Positions 49,613 to 61,935 of a stretch of DNA of 64,000 bases are shown in pieces. The position numbers and the translations under genes were made by a program. Origin of the DNA: Laetmonice hystrix (taxonomy: Eukaryota); contig OZ249436.1 in NCBI GenBank assembly GCA_965235115.1, positions 1,676,001 to 1,740,000 on the forward strand. The letters run 5' to 3'. Within the stretch, counting starts at the first letter, position 1. Every line of letters begins with the position of its first letter. A model generated the notes under the pieces. It made no database searches. It had not been told where the DNA came from and saw only the letters and a list, made by a program, of their open reading frames with translations.

Positions 49613-52600
49613 GCCGAAATGATTATCTGGGTTTTACTGCACAGAGGAAGGACGGGTACATAATATTGAGTGACATGATAGACCCCTGACGTTGTATCAT
49701 TGTTTACTGTCTATCTCTGAAGGCACACACACCAGGCGGTGATGTGATCACAGTTACTTCCCAGTAGAAACATATAAAACTCTACGGGACAGGCGAACAT
49801 TAACTAGAATTTCCGATATGATATTAACGTCCTTGAGGTAGGCCTACGTGGGTTATATGCCGTAGATGCTGCAACATAGCCATAACAGTGTTTGAGAGTC
49901 GACAACGTCTCACAGGAGACAAGGAACCTTATTTAGTCCAAGATAATCGCAGACCGTTTGGTTCTTAGCCGCTGACTGGCTGCAAACTTTAGATCTGAAT
50001 CATGATCGTTATGTCGGACGTAATCAACATCGTTATTCCGATATCTAGAATATATTTCTCCCACCTCACATAGATATATTATTAGCTTTGTAAAATAATC
50101 AAGAGATCATGCTTATATTAGGCCACATTTATAAAGAGATTGATATACTTTTGTTGTAAGACAAAACCTGTTGCTGATCATATTTATCGGATTGGGATAT
50201 ATACTATTGATTTAATTTTGGTCATATAAACAACAGATTCAAATATATTTGTTATCCTACCATACTATAATTCTGCTGACCCTTAACTTTGTTTTTGTCA
50301 CTTTCCCTGCGTCTCACTCAAACATTGAAGTGTACCTGACGTATACCGTCAACAGTTAAACATAAGAGCAGGTTTCTAATTCGTCCCCAAGACTGATAGC
50401 TCTCTGGACGCTTCCAATTTTACGCTAAGCTTTCCCTGTCTAAAACACTGACGTCGATGAAGGCTCAGATGCAGTTCTAATAGCCGAAAAAAGCGGGGAC
50501 TGTTTAATGTATTAATTATTGAATGCTTCAATATTTGCAATACGTATCGTCCTGCCTAATCTGGTCGTTGCGCGCTTCGTTCGCACTCGCCGGGCTAAAT
50601 CGCCTGTTAATTGAAGTATTATTCCACAGCTCCACCTACCGGTGGTGCGAGGGGAGAACGGATCTCTGACACATCTCACTGTGACCCCTGACCCTTGGCG
50701 GTGTCGCGTTCAATGTTTACCGTGATGAGAACAAATTGATGGGTAGGGCGAGCTCTATGCATTATTGACGAGCAGAAAGTAGATTAGTGAGTTCTTTTGT
50801 GTATTTCGAGCCTGTGAAACGTAACGAGGACCGCAGGTTCGCATAGCGGGTTGGATCAGGGGCTGACTTTATTCTAAATGCGCCTCGTCGTGGCTGCACC
50901 TCCCTAGTGACCCACACCGCAGCCACAATCCGACCAGGCTAAGACCGCGCATTAATGTCTTACATTAAGGAGCCCTCTGCCGCTGCCGCCGCTGTCTCTT
51001 TCACAGTATATATTCACTATAGCGCCTGACGCCTGACGCCTGAAGTATATCGGCACGTCGCGCTCTACATACGTCGTGACGCTACGATCTATCGATCAGC
51101 AGACGTCGTGGTATCAAAGCAATACCTATCGTCGACTCAAGGTCCTATTGATATTAGCAGCCCAGTGAACAATACATTATACACGCGCCCCTAACTCCTC
51201 ACAAAAATACATTAAATCACTGTAAAAGGTATGGCGATGGATGTGACCGAAGCCCAGCCTCGGCTACTTTGTAAATATTTGATGAAAAGCGCGGCTGCAT
51301 ACATCAGTGCGCTTAGGACATGCGCTCGTGATTTATCTCAGCGAGTCGATACTAGCCGTAACAATGGCTAAAAGGCTGCCTTGGACGGCGCTCCAGTGAG
51401 CATTAGAGGTCCATTACAGGGGCCCACAATTACTGACGTCAAGGGCTGAACACCAATATTGACGTAGACAGCACCGACATCGAGCAAATATTAACCCTAC
51501 CATACCTCATTCCTCAACTCCATACCCGCAAGTCGTGGCATCTCGATGACCGCGTCAAAGGCCGCCATCCCCTCGCCTTTCTCCAGGGCTATCAACAGGA
51601 GAGGCTGGCCGTACAGGAGGACATGTTCAACTCACCTCACCACAAAGCCGCCTGATCCCGGCACATTAATCTTACCTCCATTAGTGAAATCCTTACGGCC
51701 ATACATCATGGTAGTTGTCACTAGATACTTGACGTAACGTCATGTAGAATGACGTAATGCTAGATACTGGCATGCCATATCCCAGGATGGGTCGGCGCAG
51801 TCGACCATAGATCATGCTATCATTAATTAAGATTATTTTAATCAGCACGTTTGGTGCTGTATCCGTCTTATCCTGCCGTCTTTGTTTGACGTAGACTGTG
51901 GGATATGATAGAGGACTTACAGGAGGGTGTCCCGGATACTCAGCCTATCTATACTCTCACCCACTGCCGCCTCCTGCTGCCTCTCTAAATTCATGGGTTT
52001 GTTTTGATCCCACTTGGCGGGCCGAGTCCGATGACACCAGCTGTCCGTACCCACTGCCCATCCCTCTCTACAACTATCGGTCGGCAATAGCCACCGAGTC
52101 GTATTCATTGCGGACTGCCAGGATACACAATGAAGGCCTGTGGCTTTGTGCGACGTGTATGGGGCACGTAGACCAATGTATCAATGTATCAGTGCTAGGA
52201 TTACTACGCCCCGACTGACCATCGCTCACCGGGGTGCGAGATATACAATCCTCGATTATGGTATTTGAATGTGTTTAAATTGTCATCATTCTGTGCCATC
52301 TTGTAGAACAGCCACGGAAGCATTCATTCCGCCCCACTTATCTCGTAACGAGACGGAGCCAATGTGTTCAAATAGCTTCATTTGTTGACACACTTGTCTT
52401 TCCTTGTGTCCGCTACAATAGGCCTCTGCCGTCTAACTTCATCCCACCAACCATACACGCTGTCGTTAACCGACACAGGCAAGGACAGGCTCTTTGTTCA
52501 TCACTGAGCAATGCTTGAGCCAAAGTATCGGCGCAGTGACAATGTACGTAAATATAGACTACAAACGTCACGCTTTACGGAGCACTGATCGAGATTTGAT

Positions 52601-53347
52601 AGCGTTTGGGGCACTCGGCTTCCGCGCTCACTTTGACAGCACATTCGTCCATATCAACTATTTTCACATTTGCCCTCCAAATATTCTCCTCATCAAGTAC
52701 TTGAGCTGTGTGACTGTGACACTTGTATCACCCGTGTCAGGGCCACAGTGCCACACCAGTCATTTCATCCCCATAGACTGCTTGCGTATGCAAAACAGTT
52801 CATTAACTTCAGAGCTTCCTGTAACTCCCATCTCAACCGTTAAACCGCTACACAACTACTTTACAAATGTACTCGAGGACCACGACCCGTATGTAACTCG
52901 ACCAAATACAGAGATAACTTGCCACACCTCGAACCTTGTATCAGTATTCATCGGGTGCATTAGGCTGGAAACAGTGTTCGAGTGATGGGGGCTATTTAGT
53001 AGGAAATGGCTGAGAGCAACGGATGGGGCCGGGAACCTGGGCGGGGAGAGTGGAGACAATTTGAGAGATGGTAGTTGTGTTAATGTCTTCTAGCGGCGGC
53101 GCTTGGCCGGAACCTGTATGGGAGAGCAGTCGTAAAGCCAGAGGAACCGCCGCCAATGACGCGCTCATTTGGTTGGTTGGTTCAGGCAGCGATTGGCTCG
53201 GCTAATATTGAAGCAACAACGTTGATTTTTCGCAAGCAATGTTGTCTGCAGAGAGGAGGTGTTAATCGGCATGATTAGCTGCTTTAGGCAGCAGGAAAAA
53301 ACATCTTGTTTTACAGAAACATTTAGTGTGGAAACGCCATCAATACA

Positions 53348-54825
53348 TGTAACTTATACCCTAACATAGCCTGCTGCATCCGACTTTAACCTATACCCTG
53401 ATAGAGCCTGCTCCATACGACTGTAACCTATACCCTAATAGAGCCTGCTCCATACCACTGTAACCTATACCCTAATAGAGCCTGCTATATACCACTGTAA
53501 CCTATACCCTAATAGAGCCTGCTGCATCCGACTTTAACCTATACCCTAATACGGCCTGCTCCATACCACTGTAACCTATACCCTAATAGAGCCTGCTCCA
53601 TACCACTGTAACCTATACCCTAATAGAGCCTGCTCCATACCACTGTAACCTATACCCTAACATAGCCTGCTCCACACCACTGTAACCTATACCCTGATAG
53701 AGCCTGCTCCATACCACTGTAACCTATACCCTAATAGAGCCTGCTCCATACGACTGTAACCTATACCCTAATAGAGCCTGCTCAACACCACTGTAACCTA
53801 TACCCTAATAGAGCCTGCTCCATACCACTGTAACCTATACCCTAACATAGCCTGCTCCACACCACTGTAACCTATACCCTGATAGAGCCTGCTCCATACC
53901 ACTGTAACCTATACCCTAATAGAGCCTGCTCCATACCACTGTAACCTATACCCTAATAGAGCCTGCTCCATACCACTGTAACCTATACCCTAACATAGCC
54001 TGCTCCACACCACTGTAACCTATACCCTGATAGAGCCTGCTCCACACCACTGTAACCTATACCCTAACATAGCCTGCTCCATACCACTGTAACCTATACC
54101 CTGATAGAGCCTGCTCCATACGACTGTAACCTATACCCTGATAGAGCCTGCTCCATACTGTAACCTATACCCTAATAGAGTCTGCTCCATACTGTAACCT
54201 ATACCCTAATAGAGTCTGCTCCATACCACTGTAACCTATACCCTAATAGAGCCTGCTCCATACCACTGTAACCTATACCCTAATAGAGCCTGCTCCATAC
54301 CACTGTAACCTATACCCTAACATAGCCTGCTCCACACCACTGTAACCTATACCCTGATAGAGCCTGCTCCATACCACTGTAACCTATACCCTAATAGAGC
54401 CTGCTCCATACCACTGTAACCTATACCCTAATAGAGCCTGCTCCATACCACTGTAACCTATACCCTAATAGAGCCTGCTCCATACAACTGTAACCTATAC
54501 CCTAATAGAGCCTGCTCCATACCACTGTAACCTATACCCTAATAGAGCCTGCTCCATACCACTGTAACCTATACCCTAATAGAGCCTGCTCCATACCACT
54601 GTAACCTATACCCTAATAGAGCCTGCTCCATACAACTGTAACCTATACCCTGATAGAGCCTGCTCCATACCACTGTAGCCTATACCCTAATAGAGCCTGC
54701 TCCATACCACTGTAACCTATACCCTAATAGAGCCTGCTCCATACCACTGTAACCTATGCCCTAATAGAGCCTGCTCCATACCACTGTAACCTATACCCTA
54801 ACATAGCCTGCTCCATACGACTGTC
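53348..54825. repeat. Minisatellite, 37 bp unit, ~40 copies
   Basis: CTGTAACCTATACCCTAATAGAGCCTGCTCCATACCA repeated. Confidence 0.98.
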
Positions 54826-54910
54826 ACTATATACTACTTACATCACAAAAGGGACTGGTAAACAAACCAGAGAATGTCATGACGCCGGGTCATCCTGACT
54901 ATCTGTTTGT

Positions 54911-54988
54911 TATAACACTTTATAACACTTTGGTATAACACTTTGGTATAACACTTTGGTATAACACTTTGGTATAACACTTTGGTAT
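54911..54988. repeat. 13 bp tandem repeat, ~6 copies
   Basis: TATAACACTTTGG repeated. Confidence 0.93.
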
Positions 54989-55754
54989 ACCACTTACAAA
55001 GTCCTGCAAAACTCGTGATGACTCTACAATAGAATGATCATCTATATTATGTAAAACGGAAAAGCAGTTCCTATGAACCCAGTATATCTTTACATAATAC
55101 ATGTATCATTATAACCAAACTTTAAATGGACCTTTATTATAGTTATGAACTTTTCTCATGAGTTTGACAAACCGTTGGAGTATGATTGTTTGTCATATAG
55201 GAATATTTTATATTCCCCGTTTTAACCCACTACCTAACCCCCGTCTCGCACTCGGCCCAATACCCCTACACCTCCCTGAATTTAACCGTATTTTGATGAA
55301 GAGTTGGCGGAGAAGAAAAGACTCCTGCCCCAACCTTCTCGGTGATAGCGGCAGCCTTGCGGAGCCATGCACACACGAGGGTTACAGAGTGATATATGAG
55401 GTGTGATGTACAGACTGTAGACGACGCTCTGCCAAGAACACTAATTACGCCACACGGCCATGGTGCAAAATATTGGGGTCGCCCTGGACCGAGTGGGGCT
55501 TTCATACGGCTAGGGCAGCGCTGATGGCTGAGTTAATGTTGTAATACGGTAAATGATGACGAGAAAGAAGGGTCGAGCACGACACGTAATTGACGACGCG
55601 ATCAACAGAAACGCTCCAGTGATGAAAGTGGTGCCATGGAGCCGAATTAAGGCCGGGCTAGCGTCAGGCGTCAGGATGGGGTCAGAAACCAGGCCGGGAG
55701 GCGACGCTTCTCACACGGGCGGGATACTAGGAGCGTGAAGGAGACGGTAGAGCT

Positions 55755-55953
55755 ACTTAAGACGGCTGGCGGTCTTATATCACGACGATTACGGCGTGAG
55801 GTGGCCACGGCACGGGGCTGACATCAATTATGATCGGCGGTCTTTGTAACAACTGGTACTGATATCTGAACTTAAGACGGCTGGCGGTCTTATATCACGG
55901 TCTGAGATAGCCACGGCACGGGGCTGACAACTACGTGGTGATCGGCGGTCTTT
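55755..55953. repeat. Direct duplication of an ~85-90 bp module (115 bp period)
   Basis: Three identical blocks (30, 20 and 15 bp) separated by divergent linkers, present twice. Confidence 0.9.
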
Positions 55954-56877
55954 CTATAGCAGGCAAATGGTCAGAGCCATTCAATCTCCATATAGGAGGT
56001 CTCTACCACGATATATCAATAACTTAAGTGAATATGTAATTTTATATTATGTTTTATGCACTGTATTTTATATCGGTGCAATATGACTGTTGGTATGTGT
56101 ACCTGGATATACAGAACGTACTAAATCTGAGCACAATCTTGTATGGATGTATGTGTGATCGATGCGGACGGTAGCAGGGATGACGCGGTCGAGTTGGCAC
56201 GACCGTCCAGGGCTCCCGACGCCGGGCCGTCAGTCGTACCGGGGTGTCGAGGCGACCTGTCCGGTCAGCCTGCCGCTCGGTCCGTCCTCCCCGCGGGACA
56301 GCCCGACCCAGACCCGACCAGCCCGCTGCCCCGCCCCACAATGAGCCTGACAGCTGGATCATCAAAACCAGGATGTAATCCATTTCATGATTGACAATTA
56401 AAATGAAAAACGTGCTGTTGGTCGAGTTAGGGGGTATCGCGGGACAGGAGGTTAGATCGATGATATGAGGAGGGGATGGGGCGCGGGGTGTGAATGAGGG
56501 GTATGGGAAAGGGGTGGGAGTGTGAGGTGGAGCTGTTCAGCGCCTCTCATGCCCGGCCACACACACGTGATTCATGCTGCGCGTCACATGAAAGAGGTAA
56601 TTATTTCATTAGATTAATAACGGCGCCCGCCCTCTACAGCCGGGCACAATACCACATCAGTTTATCTGGGCACATCGTCCTGACGACCTGTCCTTACACT
56701 GGTTTATGTGTAGGTTATATCTCCAGGGTTATAAAGGGTTGGGTTTGTCCAATATGTCAAACATTGTCAAGGGCACGTTCTTACAACGACAGGAGAACGA
56801 ACAACTCCGGATTATTATACTAAATAAAAGTGCGGTTTATAAAAACTACGGGCGACAAAGAGCACGTTAACGGCGAT

Positions 56878-56977
56878 CACAGCAGTAAGTGGTGGAGAGA
56901 CGGATAGTTGAGGCGTGTAGTTATAGAAATACAAATATATTGAACATATCCACACGTGCCTAGACACCCAACAATGG

Positions 56978-57052
<75 letters not shown>

Positions 57053-57208
57053 TCTCTCCTCTCCTCTCCACCACAGCAGTAAGTGGTAGAGAGACTGATA
57101 GTTGAGGCGTGTAGTTATAGAAATACAAATATATTGAACATATCCACACGTGCCTAGACACCCAACAATGGCCCTCCCTCTCTCTGTCTCTCTCTCTCTC
57201 TGTCTCTG

Positions 57209-57249
<41 letters not shown>

Positions 57250-57376
57250 ACTCCCTCTCTCTCCTCTCCTCTCCACCACAGCAGTAAGTGGTAGAGAGAC
57301 TGATAGTTGAGGCGTGTAGTTATAGAAATACAAATATATTGAACATATCCACACGTGCCTAGACACCCAACAATGG

Positions 57377-57433
<57 letters not shown>

Positions 57434-57680
57434 CCTCTCCACCACAGCAGTAAGTGGTGGAGAGACTGATAGTTGAGGCGTGTAGTTATAGAAATACAAA
57501 TATATTGAAGATATCCACACGTGCCTAGACACCCAACAATGGCCCTCCCTCTCTCTGTCTCTCTGTCTCTCTCTCCTCTCTCTCTCTCTCTCTCCTCTCT
57601 CTGTCACTCCCTCTCTCTCCTCTCCTCTCCTTCCTCCTCTCCCGGCTCTCTTCTCTTCGCTCTCCCTCTCTCTCTCTTTT
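56878..57680. repeat. Compound tandem repeat: ~107 bp unique unit plus variable (CT)n tract, 4 copies
   Basis: CACAGCAGTAAGTGGTRGAGAGAC...CCCAACAATGGCCCTCCC starts at 56878, 57072, 57277 and 57443, each followed by (CT)n. Confidence 0.96.
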
Positions 57681-58514
57681 TCTCTGAAATCGGTCTAGCC
57701 TAAAGACACAACATCACTATGGGTATACAGGATACCTTTTATGGGAACATTGGCCATGCATGTCCCCAATATCGTTGTAGATTTATCAGTGAACCAGCCA
57801 GCCTGGTCATACTGTAGATAGGACAACCCGTTGTATACGCAAGCATATACCAACCGGAATGTATGGCGGGGGTATAGCTATAGATAGATTGCGTAGATTG
57901 GAGGAAGAAACCATCTCAGCAAACATATCAAAGCGCTGTGTTTCATCATATGTATCCACGTATATATAGTGGAGCTCACAACAAACAGGACAGTCGGTGA
58001 CTGTCAGAAAGCCAACAGAAGCCATGTGTAGGAGTCCCGGACTTGTCTAGCCATGCGACCGAATTCATCGTCCCCCACCGCTTTGCCGACTGCAATGTCG
58101 GCAGTAACTTCTGTGTACTCATTGTTTGATGGTATTATCGCTCAATTTCCTATCAAATCGTTTGTTTATACAGGATGGGAGCCATAATATTGACAGAATC
58201 TTCTTCAAGAGAACTTTTGTTCGAGTCATTTAGCAAAGCAGTCGGGAAGACAACATTGGTGCATAACTGGCCGTGGAGAGTAAACGGGACGACTCAGTGA
58301 GGGATTCCAACCATATTGTTACACGCCAGTTCCAATATATATCCGGCTATTTCGAATGTCAGCGATGGATCTATTGATGTTTACTTAATAAATTACAAAT
58401 ACAAATGGCACTCGCCGTCCTAATATGGACAGATGGAGTGAGTTGTTTTCGTCTGGTCCCAATTACGATAAGTCACTTAATGAAAACAATCTGTGGCCTG
58501 CCTATTGATTGGTT

Positions 58515-58585
58515 CACGGTCCCTCACGGTCCCCACGGTCCCTCACGGTCCCTCACGGTCCCTCACGGTCCCTCACGGTCCCTCC
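58515..58585. repeat. 10 bp tandem repeat, ~7 copies
   Basis: CACGGTCCCT repeated. Confidence 0.93.
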
Positions 58586-58678
58586 TCAGTCCATCGTCCT
58601 CCGTCGGGAATCATGCTCCGACAAAGGCACACAATTCGTGACGAAATGATTCAAGGTTTATCTGTGAACCGTGTTTTA

Positions 58679-58938
58679 GTATGGAGGCAGGCTGTAAGTA
58701 TATGGGCCTCTCTATGTCAGTGTGTGTATGTATAGAGGCAGGCTGTAAGTATATGGGCCTCTCTATGTCAGTGTGTGTATGTATGGAGGCAGGCTGTAAG
58801 TATATGGGCCCCTCTATGTCAGTGTGTGTATGTATGGAGGCAGGCTGTAAGTATATGGGCCTCTCTATGTCAGTGTGTGTATGTATGGAGGCAGGCTGTA
58901 AGTATATGGGCCTCTCTATGTCAGTGTGTGTATGTATG
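58679..58938. repeat. Minisatellite, 51 bp unit, 5 copies
   Basis: ATGGAGGCAGGCTGTAAGTATATGGGCCTCTCTATGTCAGTGTGTGTATGT repeated. Confidence 0.96.
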
Positions 58939-59560
58939 AAGGGGGACGTGGGGAGACGTGGGGGGACGTGGGGAGACGTGGGGAGGACAGAATCAGAGAG
59001 GTTGGCAGTGTGTGTATGTATGAAGGGGGACGTAGGGAGACGTAGGGAGGACAGAATCAGAGATGTTGGCAGTGTGTGTATGTAAGAAGAGGGACGTAGG
59101 GAGACGTGGGGGACGTGGGGAGACGTGGGGAGGACAGAATCAGAGATGTTGGCAGTGTGTGTATGTAAGAAGAGGGACGTAGGGAGACGTGGGGGACGTG
59201 GGGAGACGTGGGGAGGACAGAATCAGAGATGTTGGCAGTGTGTGTATGTAAGAAGAGGGACGTAGGGAGACGTAGGGAGACGTAGGGAGACGTAGGGAGA
59301 CGTAGGGAGGACAGAATCAGAGAGGCCTCGGGATGTCAGTGTGTGTGTATGTATGAAGGGGGGCGTAGGGAGACGTGGGGGGGACGTGGGGGGACGTGGG
59401 GGGACGTGGGGAGACGTGGGGAGGACAGAATCAGAGAGGTTGGCAGTGTGTGTGTATAAAGGGGGACGTAGGGAGACGTGAGGAGACGTGGGGAGTCGTA
59501 GGGAGACGTGAGGAGACGTAGGGAGACGTGGGGAGGACAAAATCAGAGATGTTGGCAGTT
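58939..59560. repeat. G-rich nested repeat: variable numbers of 10-bp GGGAGACGTR inside a larger unit ending GAGGACAGAATCAGAGATGTTGGCAGTGTGTGTATGTA
   Basis: About 7 larger units, each with 2-7 copies of the 10-mer; shares CAGTGTGTGTATGTA with the adjacent 51-bp array. Confidence 0.92.
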
Positions 59561-60281
59561 TTATTGGAGGAAGGTATTTTATTATATAAACGTACATTAT
59601 TCCTTTGTGTGAGAGTGCAGCCAGTGCCTATCGGTCAGTTCTGTGAGTGTGCAGGTTCAATGGGCTGTGGTGGACCAGTACTGTGAGTGTACAGGTTCAA
59701 TGGGCTGTGGTCTGGACCTGGGAAGTGAGACCTGGACAGTCTGACAAGCTAACCCGGAGAATGTGAGCGATGACAACATGTGGCTCCAGGCTGCCTACTG
59801 TTGGCGTATTCAGATCGAGTTGACGGATTGCCGAGATATGTGTGTACTTGTGAATGTATACATGTGACATTTCCTTGTGCTAACTTGACCAGACGCTCAT
59901 CATGGCAACAAAAACGTTATTGGGCAGCGCATGTGGTTGAAAAGGGCCAAGGAAATCAGAGGAAGGGGCATAGAATACGACTGACATAAACGAATTTCTC
60001 CTGGTTGACAAGCAGATCGGGAAACTGGTCCAATATTCAGACGGTGTCAATGAAGTCATGTAACAATGTGTCACCGCTGCACGTTTTGTGTAACGGTCAA
60101 ATTGTTGGCATTGTTCTCCGGCCACTGTGAGGGCACCACCTGCTAGGACCGAGGCGGAGTGATACATGAGGCGGAGATTGAAGTGAGGAACGGTGAGGCG
60201 GCCATCGTCTCTCAATGCTGACAGATACTGAGTAATGGCGGCCTACGTCATAGGCTGGACGGGACTGTGAAACGGTACACT

Positions 60282-61098
60282 GTTAGTTAGGCTCTTCTTC
60301 TGTCTGACATCTCAGAACCGTCAGTTGGGCTCTCCTTGTGTCTGACATCTCAGAACCGTTAGTTGGGCTCTCCTTGTGTCTGACATCTCAGGACCGTTAG
60401 TTGGGCTCTCCTTGTGTCTGACATCTCAGAACCGTCAGTTGGGCTCTCCTTGTGTCTGACATCTCAGAACCGTCAGTTGGGCTCTCCTTGTGTCTGACAT
60501 CTCAGAACCGTCAGTTGGGCTCTCCTTGTGTCTGACATCTCAGAACCGTTAGTTGGGCTCTCCTTGTGTCTGACATCTCAGAACCGTTAGTTGGGCTCTC
60601 CTTGTGTCTGACATCTCAGAACCGTCAGTTGGGCTCTCCTTGTGCCTGACATCTCAGAACTGTCAGTTGGGCTCTCCTTCTGCCTGACATCTCAGAACCG
60701 TTAGTTGGGCTCTCCTTGTGTCTGACATCTCAGAACCGTCAGTTGGGCTCTCCTTGTGTCTGACATCTCAGAACCGTTAGTTGGCTCTCCTTGTGTCTGA
60801 CATCTCAGAACCGTCAGTTGGGCTCTCCTTGTGCCTGACATCTCAGAACCGTCAGTTGGGCTCTCCTTGTGTCTGACATCTCAGAACCGTCAGTTGGGCT
60901 CTCCTTCTATCTGACATCTCAGAACCGTCAGTTGGGATCTCCTTGTGTCTGACATCTCAGGACCGTTAGTTGGGCTCTCCTTGTGTCTGACATCTCAGAA
61001 CCGTCAGTTGGGCTCTCCTTGTGTCTGACATCTCAGAACCGTTAGTTGGGCTCTCCTTGTGTCTGACATCTCAGAACCGTCAGTTGGGCTCTCCTTCA
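60282..61098. repeat. Minisatellite, 38 bp unit, ~21 copies
   Basis: TCTGACATCTCAGAACCGTCAGTTGGGCTCTCCTTGTG repeated. Confidence 0.98.
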
Positions 61099-61259
61099 TC
61101 TCAGAATAATCCCCGTCAAGGAGTAGATCTCTATACGCATGCCCATGGAAAGGCAGGCGACTGATTGAGTGAGTCCTAGTATAGATATCGTGAATGAGAC
61201 CTAGTATAGATATAGACACTGACGTCATACCAGGCCAACCGTCACCATCTGAACGATGG

Positions 61260-61293
61260 TAGCGCCATCTGGTGGGACGCCACCTAGTAGACG
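61260..61293 (-). promoter_or_regulatory. Tandem CTCF-like motifs
   Basis: Reverse complements GTCCCACCAGATGGCGCTA (61260-61278) and CGTCTACTAGGTGGCGTCC (61275-61293). Confidence 0.55.
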
Positions 61294-61345
61294 ATATGGG
61301 GGGGGGTGTCAAAATGAGTTCTTGACGTATCCCAGTCCGAGTTCG

Positions 61346-61693
61346 ATTGGATTGAGTGTGGGACCAGTTTGAATTGGATTGAGTGTGGGACCAGTTTGAC
61401 TTGGATTGAGTGTGGGACCAGTTTGAATTGGATTGAGTGTGGGACCGGTTTGAATTGGAATGAGTGTGGGACCAGTTTGAATTGGATTGAGTGTGGGACC
61501 AGTTTGAATTGGATTGAGTGTGGGACCAGTTTGAATTGGATTGAGTGTGGGACCAGTTTGAATTGGATTGAGTGTGGGACCAGTTTGAATTGGATTGAGT
61601 GTGGGACCAGTTTGAGGATTGAGTGTGGGACCAGTTTGAATTGGATTGAGTGTGGGACCAGTTTGAATTGGATTGAGTGTGGGACCAGTTTGA
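61346..61693. repeat. Minisatellite, 27 bp unit, ~13 copies
   Basis: ATTGGATTGAGTGTGGGACCAGTTTGA repeated. Confidence 0.98.
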
Positions 61694-61810
61694 GCGAACG
61701 TCGCTTTGTTGAGTCCATTGCGTGTTGTCATTTCGCTCCATAGCCTCAGAATGGTCAGCAAATGCTACGGCAAAGTGGGTCGTGCTGATAGTAACTATTT
61801 CCAAAAATTA

Positions 61811-61822
61811 TCTCTCTCTCCC

Positions 61823-61877
<55 letters not shown>

Positions 61878-61935
61878 CCCTCTCTCTCTCTTTCTCTCTC
61901 TCTCTCCCCCTCTCTCTCTCTCTTTCTCTCTCTAT
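61811..61935. repeat. (CT)n microsatellite
   Basis: Dinucleotide tract. Confidence 0.97.

Noticed and set aside
50441..50510. Hammerhead-ribozyme-like segment (GATGAAGGCT...AGCCGAAA)
   Set aside because: Stem II and GAAA are present, but the CUGANGA core is interrupted and there is no stem III or NUH triplet; at best a dead relic.
52494..52985. 163-aa ORF in unique DNA
   Set aside because: Non-ATG start, no recognisable motif and no convincing splice boundaries; this length can arise by chance.
61004..61804. ORFs with 9-aa repeats (SNWSHTQSN, NWIECGTSL)
   Set aside because: A 27-bp array open in four frames; no evidence favours any one as coding.
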